Origin: a virus | Virus record (IMG/VR): IMGVR_UViG_3300022602_000029 | Coordinates: 96,001 to 160,000 of that record | Direction: 5' to 3' (one strand) | Length of the DNA stretch: 64,000 nt | Shown here: in pieces, positions 25,427 to 35,607 of the stretch | How the letters are laid out: every line of letters starts with the position of its first letter | Position numbering within the stretch: position 1 is the first letter of the stretch | Made by a program: the position numbers and the translations under genes | The notes under the pieces: generated by a model | The model's database searches: none | What the model was told of the DNA's origin: nothing | Seen by the model: only the letters and a program-made list of their open reading frames with translations

Positions 25427-26872
25427 ATGAATATGTTTGAAATAGCCACCCCTAAACTTAAAAAGCGAGTACTAAAAGCACTCGACAATATCGAAGACGA
25501 CGCTGTACTGAAAAAGATACTGCATCAAATGAAAGGTGATATCTTTGGCGGTAATCTAAAGAAAGCCTTAGAAAATAGCGGCATCAAAGATAAGTTTACT
25601 TCTGGACATCAAAAGGCCTATCAGTGGTTATGTAGAGAAATCGAGCATACAGAAGCTCCTTTGGAAGATAAAGTACATTTAGTAAAACTACTAACAGATC
25701 AATCTAATCTGATCAAACCTGAAGTGTTTACCAGTCCTACTACAGGACGTAGCATCCTAGACAGTCTAAGTCCTAAGATTAAAAATAACAAAGTTTTTAA
25801 AGATATTATTGAACCTTTGATGATGTTTGGTATGGCAGGACCTACAGGAATGGGCCCAGGCGAAGCCGCTATGATCGTACTAACTGCTGGTGCTAAAGAA
25901 AATACTGATAAAAAAGGTGGAGACTTTTCTATAGGAGATTGGAAAGTTGAGATCAAGATGGGTGGGGCGGTACCCCCGGGAGATAGCGGACAAAAGGTCG
26001 GCGATCAAGAGATAAAGAAACTATTAGATATTGCTAAGAAGCATGGCATCTCAGAAGAAGAGATTGGATACAGGAGAGGCGCATTGAATCCCAGTTTCGA
26101 AAGAGGATGGCTACCTGCTCTGTTTCAAGCCTATGCAGGTAAAGAAGGAGAAGACAAATCTAGAGAACTACTGGGAAAATATCTCAAAGTTATCTATCCT
26201 CCAATAGATGATGGATTGGTATCTACAGTCTATGCTGGACTAGGCCAACCGGGCAATAATAAAGTATTGATGCCGTTGATCTATAACATGTATAAGAAAA
26301 GTCACATGTGGGACAGCATGTGTTTTATTGATAAAGACACACTAGAGTATGCTAATACTTTAGAAGCGAGCGACATACCAGAAACGGCAGGAGTTAGCTA
26401 TAAACTAAGACAAGGTGGCGATACCTACGCTGTGGCTTCGGGGGCATTCATGCTATATCTAAAGCCTGACCCTAACGCTGAAGAGGGCGGAGATGTTCCT
26501 AACATAGAATTGAACCCACCAAAGAAGAAAAATAAAAAAACCAAAGTTGATCCTAGACAGCAAGACCTTTTTGATCCTGTTGAACTACAGAAAAAGGCTG
26601 ACAAAGTAAAACAAGATCTATCAATAGAACAACAAAGGGCAGAGATATTAAAAGATCCTAGCAATCCCATCACCCAGGCTTATAGTAATATAATCAATGG
26701 TCTACCAAAAGATTTAGATCCTGCTGAACGAACAGCTGAACTAGATCTATTTTTGAGCACTATCAGCGATGGCTTAATAAATGGATTGGATCCAAAAGCT
26801 ATCGCAAAGAACTTAATGGATCAGAACATCTATGAAAGCCAGTTAAGGCGATTAAAACAGTTGATCGTTTGA
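25427..26872 (+). CDS. late protein with possible PD-(D/E)xK nuclease-like core
   Basis: AATAAATA upstream; GPGE...GGD......VEIK pattern; fold call tentative. Confidence 0.6.
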   Translation: MNMFEIATPKLKKRVLKALDNIEDDAVLKKILHQMKGDIFGGNLKKALENSGIKDKFTSGHQKAYQWLCREIEHTEAPLEDKVHLVKLLTDQSNLIKPEVFTSPTTGRSILDSLSPKIKNNKVFKDIIEPLMMFGMAGPTGMGPGEAAMIVLTAGAKENTDKKGGDFSIGDWKVEIKMGGAVPPGDSGQKVGDQEIKKLLDIAKKHGISEEEIGYRRGALNPSFERGWLPALFQAYAGKEGEDKSRELLGKYLKVIYPPIDDGLVSTVYAGLGQPGNNKVLMPLIYNMYKKSHMWDSMCFIDKDTLEYANTLEASDIPETAGVSYKLRQGGDTYAVASGAFMLYLKPDPNAEEGGDVPNIELNPPKKKNKKTKVDPRQQDLFDPVELQKKADKVKQDLSIEQQRAEILKDPSNPITQAYSNIINGLPKDLDPAERTAELDLFLSTISDGLINGLDPKAIAKNLMDQNIYESQLRRLKQLIV

Positions 26873-26897
26873 CATCTTCCAAAAAATAGCGCATAAT
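26869..26897 (+). promoter_or_regulatory. sigma70-type promoter
   Basis: TTGACA-17-CATAAT. Confidence 0.65.
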
Positions 26898-26982
26898 AGC
26901 TTATTAAGAGCCTATTTCTCCACCATATCGAGTGGATGAGATAACTATATTACCAAAACTAAACTAGGAAAAGGAGGTCGTA

Positions 26983-27561
26983 ATGACGGAATTAACACTA
27001 GATAGAGTAGAAGCGAATACAGCTAAAGCAGAACGATTAGGAATAATATTCAAAGCCTGCATCATGCTGATAGGATTCTTAGTATGTGTAAACATGCTGA
27101 CCTATGCCGTTCATCGCAAGTTGGCACAATCAGAAGTCGTAGAAGATAATAATATCACAGCGGCTGTGAGAGAAAGACAAATCGGATGTCTAGCCAAAAA
27201 CATCTATCACGAAGCAGGAGCAGAGCCATTTGAAGGTAAAGTAGCCGTAGCACAGGTGACATTAAACAGGGCTAACAATAGCCAATTCCCTGGAGATATC
27301 TGCGGAGTCATTTATCAAAAAAACTTTGTCTATGATAAACTCATATGCCAGTTCAGCTGGTATTGTGACAGAGAAACAGGAGTGCGTCCTATCAACAAGG
27401 CCATGTTCAACGAAAGCGAAGAAGTGGCAAAGAAAGTACTGCTAGAAGGCTTTAGGCTTCCAGGCCTAAAAGATGCCTTATACTATCACGGGGATTATAT
27501 CAATCCACATTGGAACAAGCAACCAATCGCCCATATCGGTCATCACATCTTTTACAAGTAA
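26983..27561 (+). CDS. cell wall hydrolase (SleB/Hydrolase_2) with N-terminal TM anchor
   Basis: CLAKNIYHEAGAE..EGKVAVAQVTLNR, QFSW, LYYH, IGHHIFY. Confidence 0.92.
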   Translation: MTELTLDRVEANTAKAERLGIIFKACIMLIGFLVCVNMLTYAVHRKLAQSEVVEDNNITAAVRERQIGCLAKNIYHEAGAEPFEGKVAVAQVTLNRANNSQFPGDICGVIYQKNFVYDKLICQFSWYCDRETGVRPINKAMFNESEEVAKKVLLEGFRLPGLKDALYYHGDYINPHWNKQPIAHIGHHIFYK

Positions 27562-27570
27562 GGAAGTAAC

Positions 27571-27897
27571 ATGAATAGAACTATGATGGAGTTTATCTCT
27601 AAGTGGCCACGCTGGATCTGGTATTTCGTTAGGGATCATCTAGCTAAGATGTCAGCACATACCCTAGGTTGGTTCAGTATTATCTTGTGCCATTTTGCGG
27701 CTATTCCTACCCTGCTAGCTGTTCTTTTTGGACAAAGCGACAAGTTACCTCCCGTGGACCTTATGCTGTTCATCTGGAGCGCACTGATCACTATGTTCTT
27801 TAAGGCCATGATCGAGAAGAATTTCTTATATATTTCTACGATCTGTATGGGATTTGTAGCACAGACTGTGATCATGAGCTTGATCTTGTTCAAGTAG
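27571..27897 (+). CDS. small multi-pass membrane protein (holin candidate)
   Basis: Three hydrophobic segments, adjacent to hydrolase; holin role is inference. Confidence 0.6.
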   Translation: MNRTMMEFISKWPRWIWYFVRDHLAKMSAHTLGWFSIILCHFAAIPTLLAVLFGQSDKLPPVDLMLFIWSALITMFFKAMIEKNFLYISTICMGFVAQTVIMSLILFK

Positions 27898-27910
27898 AAA
27901 TAAATATCTC

Positions 27911-28612
27911 ATGCGCATACATGAGATAAACGAATCTGAAGCCTGGCAGAAATCTTCGGGCAAAAACAAGAATGGTGGCCTTAACGCCAAAGGCGTTAAG
28001 AGCTATCGAGCTAGTCATCCCGGCAGTCATCTACAAACTGCTGTAACTACTAAACCTAGCAAACTGAAAAAAGGGTCCAAAGCCAGCAAGAGACGCAAGA
28101 GTTTCTGTGCCCGCATGAAGGGGATGAAGAAACATCGTACTGGTGCCAAGACCAAACACGATCCAAATTCACGCATTAACAAAAGTCTACGCAAATGGCA
28201 TTGTGAAAGCATTGAAGAGATGCAGGATTTAATCTTAGCAGGAGATCTTTACATTGGCCTGTTAAAGGAAAATGCCGTATCAGATTTAGAAAAAGATCTC
28301 AAGGACCCTAAGAGCTACGATGCTATAGATCATATGATGACGGCTATAGCTAAGAAGCATAATATATCTCCCAAAAAACTACACGATGAATTCGTAGAGA
28401 AACACGGAGAACTGCCAGACGACTGGATCAGTGAAAACTTCGCAGATGGTAAAAAGCCCGGACGTAAAGGGTTGAGCAAACGCCTACATGTTAATACCAA
28501 AGGCACTGCGGCAGAACTAGAAAAACGTGCCCATAATGCCACAGGTGAGAAACAACGTATGTTACACTTTGTGGCCAACATGAAAGCTGGCAAAAAGAAG
28601 GCACATAAATAA
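27911..28612 (+). CDS. basic mosaic late protein, possible internal head protein
   Basis: MRIHEINESE; GGLNAKGVKSYR, RRKSFCARM, ENFADGK modules; late promoter 27899-27906. Confidence 0.7.
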   Translation: MRIHEINESEAWQKSSGKNKNGGLNAKGVKSYRASHPGSHLQTAVTTKPSKLKKGSKASKRRKSFCARMKGMKKHRTGAKTKHDPNSRINKSLRKWHCESIEEMQDLILAGDLYIGLLKENAVSDLEKDLKDPKSYDAIDHMMTAIAKKHNISPKKLHDEFVEKHGELPDDWISENFADGKKPGRKGLSKRLHVNTKGTAAELEKRAHNATGEKQRMLHFVANMKAGKKKAHK

Positions 28613-28616
28613 AAGT

Positions 28617-29195
28617 ATGAGAATGAGCGAACTCCTGCCTGAAGTGAGAGATCACGGATCCGGCCACAACAATATGATGGATACCAATCCTACCGAGAGT
28701 GGATTCTCTTACGATTCAGAACATGGCGGGATGATGCCTAATCGCGAAGATCCAGATGATGCTGAACACTGCATATGGGTAGATGGCAAGTTATTTCGCA
28801 CCTACTGGGGTAAAGATGTCGCTATGCGAATGGCTCACGAACTACATCGTAAATATCCCCATAGACACATTGAAGTAAAGCCTAAGTTCCAAGCAGAACA
28901 ACATGATAGTATGCGCATGACTAATAATACCATAGATGACTCAGAGGCTAGAGAAAATGACGAAGGTGGTAGTGTATCAGGTAAAGTGGTATCTAACTTT
29001 ATGGAGAAGACATCTCCTAAACTATGCAGAAGTCCCAAACGTCTAGGACGTAGTGATCATAGTAGCTGTGTAGCACAGGGTCTAAGACCACATCAATCAA
29101 AAGGTAAAGGCCATACTGATGGCAACGGGCATTACCTCAAAGGCCATAAGGCTAAATCCGTCAAATATGGCGGTAATGTTAAAGACTATAGTTAA
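28617..29195 (+). CDS. late protein, possible internal head protein
   Basis: MRMSELLPE; CATAAATA at 28604-28611. Confidence 0.65.
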   Translation: MRMSELLPEVRDHGSGHNNMMDTNPTESGFSYDSEHGGMMPNREDPDDAEHCIWVDGKLFRTYWGKDVAMRMAHELHRKYPHRHIEVKPKFQAEQHDSMRMTNNTIDDSEARENDEGGSVSGKVVSNFMEKTSPKLCRSPKRLGRSDHSSCVAQGLRPHQSKGKGHTDGNGHYLKGHKAKSVKYGGNVKDYS

Positions 29196-29200
29196 AAAAT

Positions 29201-29228
29201 TTGACAGCCGCGTCTTAGGTAGTATAAT
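29201..29228 (+). promoter_or_regulatory. sigma70-type promoter
   Basis: TTGACA-16-TATAAT. Confidence 0.65.
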
Positions 29229-29249
29229 TACTACTAACACAGGACCACT

Positions 29250-29990
29250 ATGATCGGAATAATCGGATACGGAATGGTCGGCAAGGCAGTTGAATACGGA
29301 TTCCCAAACTGTAAATCACTGATCGTCGATCCACAATACTCAACATTGACAATAGAACAGCTCTGCGAATCAGAAGTTGAAGCTATATTTGTCTGCGTGC
29401 CAACACCTACAGATGACACAGATTATGCCGTCCTCAAGGATGTTCTAAACAGGATCAAACAATCCGCATACCGAGGATTGACTATAGTCAAAAGCACCAT
29501 ACTACCACATCATCTAGAAGGGTACGATGTAGTTTACAATCCAGAGTTCTTAAGTCGTGCTACAGCCAATAGCGATTTTGTTAATCCACCTTTAGTGTTA
29601 ATAGGAGGCGACAGGAGCGCGGCATTATTAGATATCTATAAGAAATATTCTATCGTCAATCTTAAAGTAGTGATATGCACAGATATCAAGACTGCGTCGC
29701 TGGCCAAATATACCATGAACAGTTTTTATGCTCTTAAGATAACCTATATGAATGCGATCTATGACATCGCTGAAAAGATGGGAGTTGACTATCAATCGAT
29801 CACTGAGATATTAAGATATCAATATTGGATGGGCACACATCATTTTGATGTGCCGGGTCCTGATGGAGATAGGGGGTTTGGTGGTCCTTGCCTTCCTAAA
29901 GACACCGAAGCACTAGCTAAAGAATTTGATGTTGAATTATTAAAAGTTGTATTATCAATTAACAGGAACTATCGAGATGGAACCATTTGA
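29250..29990 (+). CDS. UDP-glucose/GDP-mannose 6-dehydrogenase family protein
   Basis: GIIGYGMVG, FVCVPTP, KSTI, YNPEFL, GFGGPCLPKD. Confidence 0.92.
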   Translation: MIGIIGYGMVGKAVEYGFPNCKSLIVDPQYSTLTIEQLCESEVEAIFVCVPTPTDDTDYAVLKDVLNRIKQSAYRGLTIVKSTILPHHLEGYDVVYNPEFLSRATANSDFVNPPLVLIGGDRSAALLDIYKKYSIVNLKVVICTDIKTASLAKYTMNSFYALKITYMNAIYDIAEKMGVDYQSITEILRYQYWMGTHHFDVPGPDGDRGFGGPCLPKDTEALAKEFDVELLKVVLSINRNYRDGTI

Positions 29991-30609
29991 TTATAAAGTT
30001 GTTGAGATATTACAAGAAAAATATAAAAGCGAAAAACCAATAGTTAAAAAAATTCCAAAAGACTGCGATGTCTTGTATAATGGAGAACATGGTCTTTTAG
30101 TCGTACCTAGAACCGTTAAAGCTATAGCATCGCTTACTAAAAAGACTATATGGTGCATAAGTTATCCTATCGATAATCCAGATCATTCTTTCTACACCTA
30201 TTCATCAAATGCCTACGTATTCATTAGCGCATCTAAAGACATATATGGGTGGCATGTAGACTTAAAAACAGGATATGGTAAATTTATTACACAGTATTCT
30301 AATAAGTTACATGGAATTGGAAAGCAACAAATCATAGATTTACCTCCTATTAGAGAACTGTTTGATCTTATAGAAAATGAAATTCTTAAGAGTGCTAAAC
30401 TATCTTATTATTATTCTTTAACTATGATACAAGGAAGATGGCAGAAGTGTGAAGGGGTTATATTTGAGGACGACATATTTTCTAAAAAATATCTACATCT
30501 TCTTAGGAAGCATGGAGAAGAATTGCCAGAATATAAAGTTCATACAGATGATAAGTTTTTTTGGGGTTTTATAAGAAAGCAGTGGAACGTTATCAAATCT
30601 TGGTTTTAG
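29977..30609 (+). CDS. hypothetical protein with T-x-W-C motif
   Basis: LVVPRTVKAIASLTKKTIWCISY; resembles part of 21640..22809. Confidence 0.65.
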   Translation: MEPFDYKVVEILQEKYKSEKPIVKKIPKDCDVLYNGEHGLLVVPRTVKAIASLTKKTIWCISYPIDNPDHSFYTYSSNAYVFISASKDIYGWHVDLKTGYGKFITQYSNKLHGIGKQQIIDLPPIRELFDLIENEILKSAKLSYYYSLTMIQGRWQKCEGVIFEDDIFSKKYLHLLRKHGEELPEYKVHTDDKFFWGFIRKQWNVIKSWF

Positions 30610-31141
30610 AAAAGTTTTTTTCAAAATTTCTTTGTTGCCTTACTGCTTCTTTATTGATTTTAGTAACATTGCCGACTGATATGGCAATACGTTTAGATTT
30701 AATATTTCTAACACCGTGCGGTTCTGAAGTGTTAAGTCTATGCCAAGTGGCTTTTGGAATAACAGCATCGTAGGTTATAGGAGATTCGTCGTCTGCTTGC
30801 TCTGTCCATATAGTATGAACATCTTCACCACCACACTCTAATAAGAAATTATAGGCATAAGTTCTTGTCGTATCTACATGTACAGCTAGGCTGTCATTGA
30901 TTGTTTGAACAATAGCATAATAAGATTCTTGTTCAAACAATGGACCTATATGTCGATCGATCCAATCTTTGATAATTCCGTCTACATTGTAGGTATTAAA
31001 GTTTCTATAGCTAGATTTTGAATTTTTAGAAAATCTATAAGTTGTATTTGATGTGTTTATTAAATCAAAAACCGATTGTATAACTTCATCTGAAGGTAAT
31101 GGTATTTCCGGATGATAGGTAAGAAATTTATCGTGCTCCAT
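30593..31141 (-). CDS. 2OG-Fe(II) oxygenase-like protein
   Basis: HVD...YNF...PHGV...R facial-triad pattern. Confidence 0.7.
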   Translation of the reverse strand: MEHDKFLTYHPEIPLPSDEVIQSVFDLINTSNTTYRFSKNSKSSYRNFNTYNVDGIIKDWIDRHIGPLFEQESYYAIVQTINDSLAVHVDTTRTYAYNFLLECGGEDVHTIWTEQADDESPITYDAVIPKATWHRLNTSEPHGVRNIKSKRIAISVGNVTKINKEAVRQQRNFEKNFSKTKI

Positions 31142-31179
31142 TGATCTTGTCTTTAGTTTATGCTATATTTACATGTAAC

Positions 31180-31788
31180 ATGTCGCCTATTATAAAAACT
31201 AAATTTCCAACAGATAATGTTCCCTGGGAAAAGATATATCAAGATTTTGTCGATTCTAACTTTTTAGATAAACCAGGTTCTGCTGGAACCGGGAATACTG
31301 ATACAACATATTTTAGTCATCTGCGTAGAGATTTAGAACCTTGGGCAGAGGGTTTTCGCAATCACTTATTGGAAATAGTATGTCCGTTGTTACATTGGGC
31401 ACAATCTCCGACTTGGAATGATCTTGTTCTTAGAACATGGATGAATAGATATCGGAAAACTGGTGGTACTGTAAAACACACACATAGATGGACTGAACTA
31501 GCAGTAGTTTGGTATCTAAAGGCTGAAGATGGTGCTGCCAACTTTGTATATGAACACAATGATCGACAATCAGAAATACCAGTTACGACCGGAGATATAT
31601 TGATATTTCCTGGTGATCTACCTCATCTAGCAAAAGAACAACTATCTGATGATTCAAGGATCATCATGGCAACAAATTTATCTTGGACGTATAGATGTAT
31701 AGATAAAGTAAGCATAGAAACATTTGACAAGATATTAAGCAGTAGACTAGCCTACCTACATTCAGTACTATCTAGCGGAAATGATTAA
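31180..31788 (+). CDS. 2OG-Fe(II) oxygenase (TIGR02466-like)
   Basis: WMN......KHTH...AVVWYL...GDILIFPG.LPH...R. Confidence 0.85.
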   Translation: MSPIIKTKFPTDNVPWEKIYQDFVDSNFLDKPGSAGTGNTDTTYFSHLRRDLEPWAEGFRNHLLEIVCPLLHWAQSPTWNDLVLRTWMNRYRKTGGTVKHTHRWTELAVVWYLKAEDGAANFVYEHNDRQSEIPVTTGDILIFPGDLPHLAKEQLSDDSRIIMATNLSWTYRCIDKVSIETFDKILSSRLAYLHSVLSSGND

Positions 31789-31790
31789 TC

Positions 31791-31798
31791 TATAAATA
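31791..31798 (+). promoter_or_regulatory. T4-late-type promoter heading the radical SAM operon
   Basis: Exact TATAAATA, then AAGGA RBS before 31827. Confidence 0.75.
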
Positions 31799-31826
31799 TT
31801 GCAAAGCATATTAAAAAGGAACTTTT

Positions 31827-32933
31827 ATGGTAATTGACTTAAACGTAACAAGTACATGCAATCTAGCGTGTACTTATTGCTCTGAGGGATACGAGTGCGG
31901 CCTATCAACTGCCTATGAAGAAAACACAGAAGTAACGCTGGATGATATAGAGCAATTTATGGCTAAGATAGATGATCCTAAACGAGACATATATTTCTGG
32001 GGAGGTGAACCTTTTGTAAACTGGGAATTCTGCCGAGGAGTGATGGAGAAATACAAGGATGATCCTAACTATAACTTTTTCTTTTATACCAACGGAGTCT
32101 ATCTAAAGAAATATCTAAAAGAGCTGGTACGTTTCCATGAAGCTATGCCAAATAGGTTAAAGATACAGGTTAGCTATGACGGTAAACCTGTTAATGATAT
32201 CACACGTATAGATAAAAAAGGAGATCCCAGCAGTAGATTGGTTAAGAGTAACTATCTAGCGGCTAAGAACGCAGGGTTGAATGTCAAAATGAAATCTGTA
32301 TTAACCGCAGAACATTTCCATCTTATATATGAGGCTTTTCTTGATGTAATCGAGCTGGACGATAACTACTTCCCTACGCCTGATATGTATAGCCAGCTTA
32401 CATGGGAAGAGTTTCAACCCAAATTAGAAATACTCAAGGAAGGACTGGCTAAGATAGCCAAATACATCTATGTGAACAAATTGCCTCCAGAGAAGTTTGG
32501 TTGGTTCACACAGTCACGTGCTCTATGCGCAAGCGGCATTAACTATGTGTCAGTTGATTTGAATGGCGATATCAGTCCATGTCATGGTTGTATGTATAAA
32601 GAATCACATGCGCATGTCATGGGCAATATATTACAAGCACCAGACATAGACGCTTTGATTAAAGAAAAGACTCAGATGTACAAAGATGCTCTGCAGAATC
32701 AACCTCTGGACTGCCAGTCATGCGACAGTCAGTTCTGCATGAAGTGTAATGCCGCTACGTTTGAAAAAAGTGCAGGCGAAACATATCTAGACAAATGGAG
32801 TGATCATACCAGTAACTGGCAGGTATGTAGAGTGTTCAAGGCTAACGAAGTTGTACATCATGCCCTACGCACAGCTTTAAAAAGTTATAAGAAACCAAGA
32901 TTTGAAATAAAGGCAGAACAATGTTCACTCTAG
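31827..32933 (+). CDS. radical SAM/SPASM domain protein 1
   Basis: CNLACTYC, WGGEP; SPASM CASG...GDISPCHGC...CQSCDSQFCMKC...C. Confidence 0.93.
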   Translation: MVIDLNVTSTCNLACTYCSEGYECGLSTAYEENTEVTLDDIEQFMAKIDDPKRDIYFWGGEPFVNWEFCRGVMEKYKDDPNYNFFFYTNGVYLKKYLKELVRFHEAMPNRLKIQVSYDGKPVNDITRIDKKGDPSSRLVKSNYLAAKNAGLNVKMKSVLTAEHFHLIYEAFLDVIELDDNYFPTPDMYSQLTWEEFQPKLEILKEGLAKIAKYIYVNKLPPEKFGWFTQSRALCASGINYVSVDLNGDISPCHGCMYKESHAHVMGNILQAPDIDALIKEKTQMYKDALQNQPLDCQSCDSQFCMKCNAATFEKSAGETYLDKWSDHTSNWQVCRVFKANEVVHHALRTALKSYKKPRFEIKAEQCSL

Positions 32934-34045
32934 AAATATCAGTAACAGAAAAATGTAACTTAGGATGTCCCTACTGTTACGTTGCTAATCGTCCTACATG
33001 GATGGAACCGGAAACATTTGACAGAGCTTTACCAGAGTTATACAAACTAATGAATCGCAGTGGGGATGTTGACTATCATGTCAGTTTCTTCGGCGGTGAA
33101 CCCTTGCTTAACTTTGATCTGATTAAACATGCTGTTCCTAAGCTAGCCGCTGATCCTAAATGTAAAGGGATCAACATCATAACCAACCTCACTATGATAG
33201 ATGAGGAAAAAGCCAAATACCTAAAAGAAAACAATGTCGGGGTCAGTTGGAGCTTTGATGGGATGAGCAGTAATGAAACACGACCATTATTGCCTTTGCT
33301 AGAAAATACAAATCCAGAAACAGGAGAACTGTTTAATGGTATCTTGGATATGTACAACTATAAAAAAGATCTAATCACTGATCTTACTAACGGCTGCAAG
33401 GTCATGATATGGCCGGGTAATACCAAAGACATGACTGAGAACTTTGAGTTCTTACTAGGCTGGGGAATCGAACATCCGGATTTTAGTATTGTTCGTGATG
33501 ATGTTTGGACTAGAGATGATATAGTTGAGTTCAGATATGAATGCGAGAGATTAGCCGACGCATGGATCATCAAGATCAAAGAAGGCATTCCTTGTAGTGT
33601 AGGATTCCTAAGACTAGCGATCCTAGATATATTATTTGGGTTAGTTAAAGGTAAGAGACAGTTTGGTTGTTTCGCAGGAACTAACGGCGGTGTGCTAATG
33701 AGCAGTGGAGAGTTTTATCCATGTGCTCGCTTCGCTAGTAAAAAGATAATGAAGATGGATGAGCAGTATGATTTCAAGTATTATCAAAACATATTTAATC
33801 CTGGAAGCTATGACAAATGTCAGCCTTGTGATCTTAAGCAGGTATGTAACGCAGGATGTACCTACAGCCAAGTTATGAATGATAATAAACCTTTAGATTC
33901 AGTTTGTGAACTATTTCACATCTATTATGAACAGGCTATGAGAGTAGTAGCCGCATGTAGGAATGAACCTATCTTCCAAGACCTAATATTACATTACATT
34001 GAAAACGTAGGTGTAGAATCAGAAGGTGTAGAATGCAGGAACTAA
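32921..34045 (+). CDS. radical SAM/SPASM domain protein 2
   Basis: CNLGCPYC, FFGGEPLL, SFDG; CFAG...GEFYPC...CQPCDLKQVCNAGC...C. Confidence 0.95.
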   Translation: MFTLEISVTEKCNLGCPYCYVANRPTWMEPETFDRALPELYKLMNRSGDVDYHVSFFGGEPLLNFDLIKHAVPKLAADPKCKGINIITNLTMIDEEKAKYLKENNVGVSWSFDGMSSNETRPLLPLLENTNPETGELFNGILDMYNYKKDLITDLTNGCKVMIWPGNTKDMTENFEFLLGWGIEHPDFSIVRDDVWTRDDIVEFRYECERLADAWIIKIKEGIPCSVGFLRLAILDILFGLVKGKRQFGCFAGTNGGVLMSSGEFYPCARFASKKIMKMDEQYDFKYYQNIFNPGSYDKCQPCDLKQVCNAGCTYSQVMNDNKPLDSVCELFHIYYEQAMRVVAACRNEPIFQDLILHYIENVGVESEGVECRN

Positions 34046-34350
34046 AAAAGAAAACCTATCGCAGTTTGGCAAGTATTCCTGTCAAGGTAGAGATGCAGCC
34101 CGTTGAACATGCTACTGATCGTGTATTGACTACAGAAGAACTACAAGAGCAGATAGAAGAAGCACGTAAAGGCAAGGCCAAGGTAGATAGTAAGTATGTA
34201 GGTTTCGAGTTAGATGAACGCGGACATCTATTTGAATATAAACTAGACTATGTTTCTTTTTTATCCGATATGAGTTATATCATCAAAGAAGCTAAAAAGA
34301 GACCAAAAGAAAACAGATACAAAAATACTCACGAGATGATTATACAATGA
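34033..34350 (+). CDS. small accessory protein in radical SAM operon
   Basis: Overlaps both neighbours; no recognised motif. Confidence 0.65.
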   Translation: MQELKKKTYRSLASIPVKVEMQPVEHATDRVLTTEELQEQIEEARKGKAKVDSKYVGFELDERGHLFEYKLDYVSFLSDMSYIIKEAKKRPKENRYKNTHEMIIQ

Positions 34351-35240
34351 TACCCATCATACAGGAAAATCCAGGATTAGGTTTCTATGTAGGAGATTCT
34401 ACAGATAAACCCACACCTGTAGGGTCTGGTGTGAATGTAATCTATTTTACGAATAAATGTAATCTGGCCTGTACCTACTGCTATGAAGATCTTCCAGGTC
34501 GTCCTCCGCAGATAATGACGCGAGAAGATATACGTAAATCAATAGATATGATATTATCCAGAGAGAATCCTGATAACCAGACCTTGATAGTATTATTTGG
34601 AGGAGAAGCTACTCTAGAATGGGAAAATGTCTGCTACTGCATGGAGTATGCCTACAGTAAAAAGACTAACATACACTTTAATCTCACTACTAATGGTATA
34701 AAATATCTCAGTCAAAAGTTTATCGACGAAACTAAAACTAACTTTTTCTACAGTATGGGCCTATTAAGCATAGATATCAGCTTTGATGGTGTTGGTAATG
34801 GGGACAGAGTATTCCACAACGGATCGGATTCTACCCTTTCTATGATCAGAGTTTTTGGAAATCTCTTGAAGAATAACGTGAAGTTTAGGATAAGATACAC
34901 TATGCATCATAGAAATATCAATAATATCTATGAAGATATATCTATGATCATCAATAAGTTCCGTCCTACGAGATTAATCACCAGTGTAGCCTGGGATACA
35001 TTACAAGACGGTGATAGATCTAAACTAGAGTCAGCAAAAGAACTGTTCAGAAAAGACTGGATAAATAAAAAAATAACTATTCCTGTCTGCGAATTCTTTT
35101 GTGATATGTGTAGCGGATGCGGAGAGAGGAAAGAATTGAAAACATACTACACAGATGAAGGTAACGTAACTACTTATGGTAACTATGAAAACGCTCCAAA
35201 GTTCCATGATTTTAAAGAAAAGGTAACAATATGTCAGTAA
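34347..35240 (+). CDS. radical SAM protein 3 (short Cys tail, no full SPASM)
   Basis: CNLACTYC, FGGEATL, TTNG, SFDG; CEFFCDMCSGC. Confidence 0.92.
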   Translation: MIPIIQENPGLGFYVGDSTDKPTPVGSGVNVIYFTNKCNLACTYCYEDLPGRPPQIMTREDIRKSIDMILSRENPDNQTLIVLFGGEATLEWENVCYCMEYAYSKKTNIHFNLTTNGIKYLSQKFIDETKTNFFYSMGLLSIDISFDGVGNGDRVFHNGSDSTLSMIRVFGNLLKNNVKFRIRYTMHHRNINNIYEDISMIINKFRPTRLITSVAWDTLQDGDRSKLESAKELFRKDWINKKITIPVCEFFCDMCSGCGERKELKTYYTDEGNVTTYGNYENAPKFHDFKEKVTICQ

Positions 35241-35605
35241 TCGAAAAAATGAACCAAATAGCGTCTCTGATAGGTGAGATCAAACAGGAAGATGAAAATG
35301 CTGGAAATCTTCTGGCAGAAGGGTTTCTTCTATCAGCTAAACTAATGCAGGAGATAACAGAAGCTGGAAATAGAGACAAGATTGATATTTCAGAACATTT
35401 AGCGATGATCGGAAGAGTTTTTGGTTTCACCGTGGAAGACCTAGTAAAATTTGTATTACAGAATAACTTCCAAAGCGTCGAATCAGACAAAGAACCTGAT
35501 CCGGCCACATTAGAATTTATAACCAGCGATCTAGACGACTATGAAAAATTCTTAGCACAGAATAAAGCAAAGGAAGACCTAGATTTCCTATCTAAGGAGA
35601 TTTAA
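35231..35605 (+). CDS. small acidic accessory protein
   Basis: In operon immediately before the Cys-rich gene. Confidence 0.65.
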   Translation: MSVIEKMNQIASLIGEIKQEDENAGNLLAEGFLLSAKLMQEITEAGNRDKIDISEHLAMIGRVFGFTVEDLVKFVLQNNFQSVESDKEPDPATLEFITSDLDDYEKFLAQNKAKEDLDFLSKEI

Positions 35606-35607
35606 AA

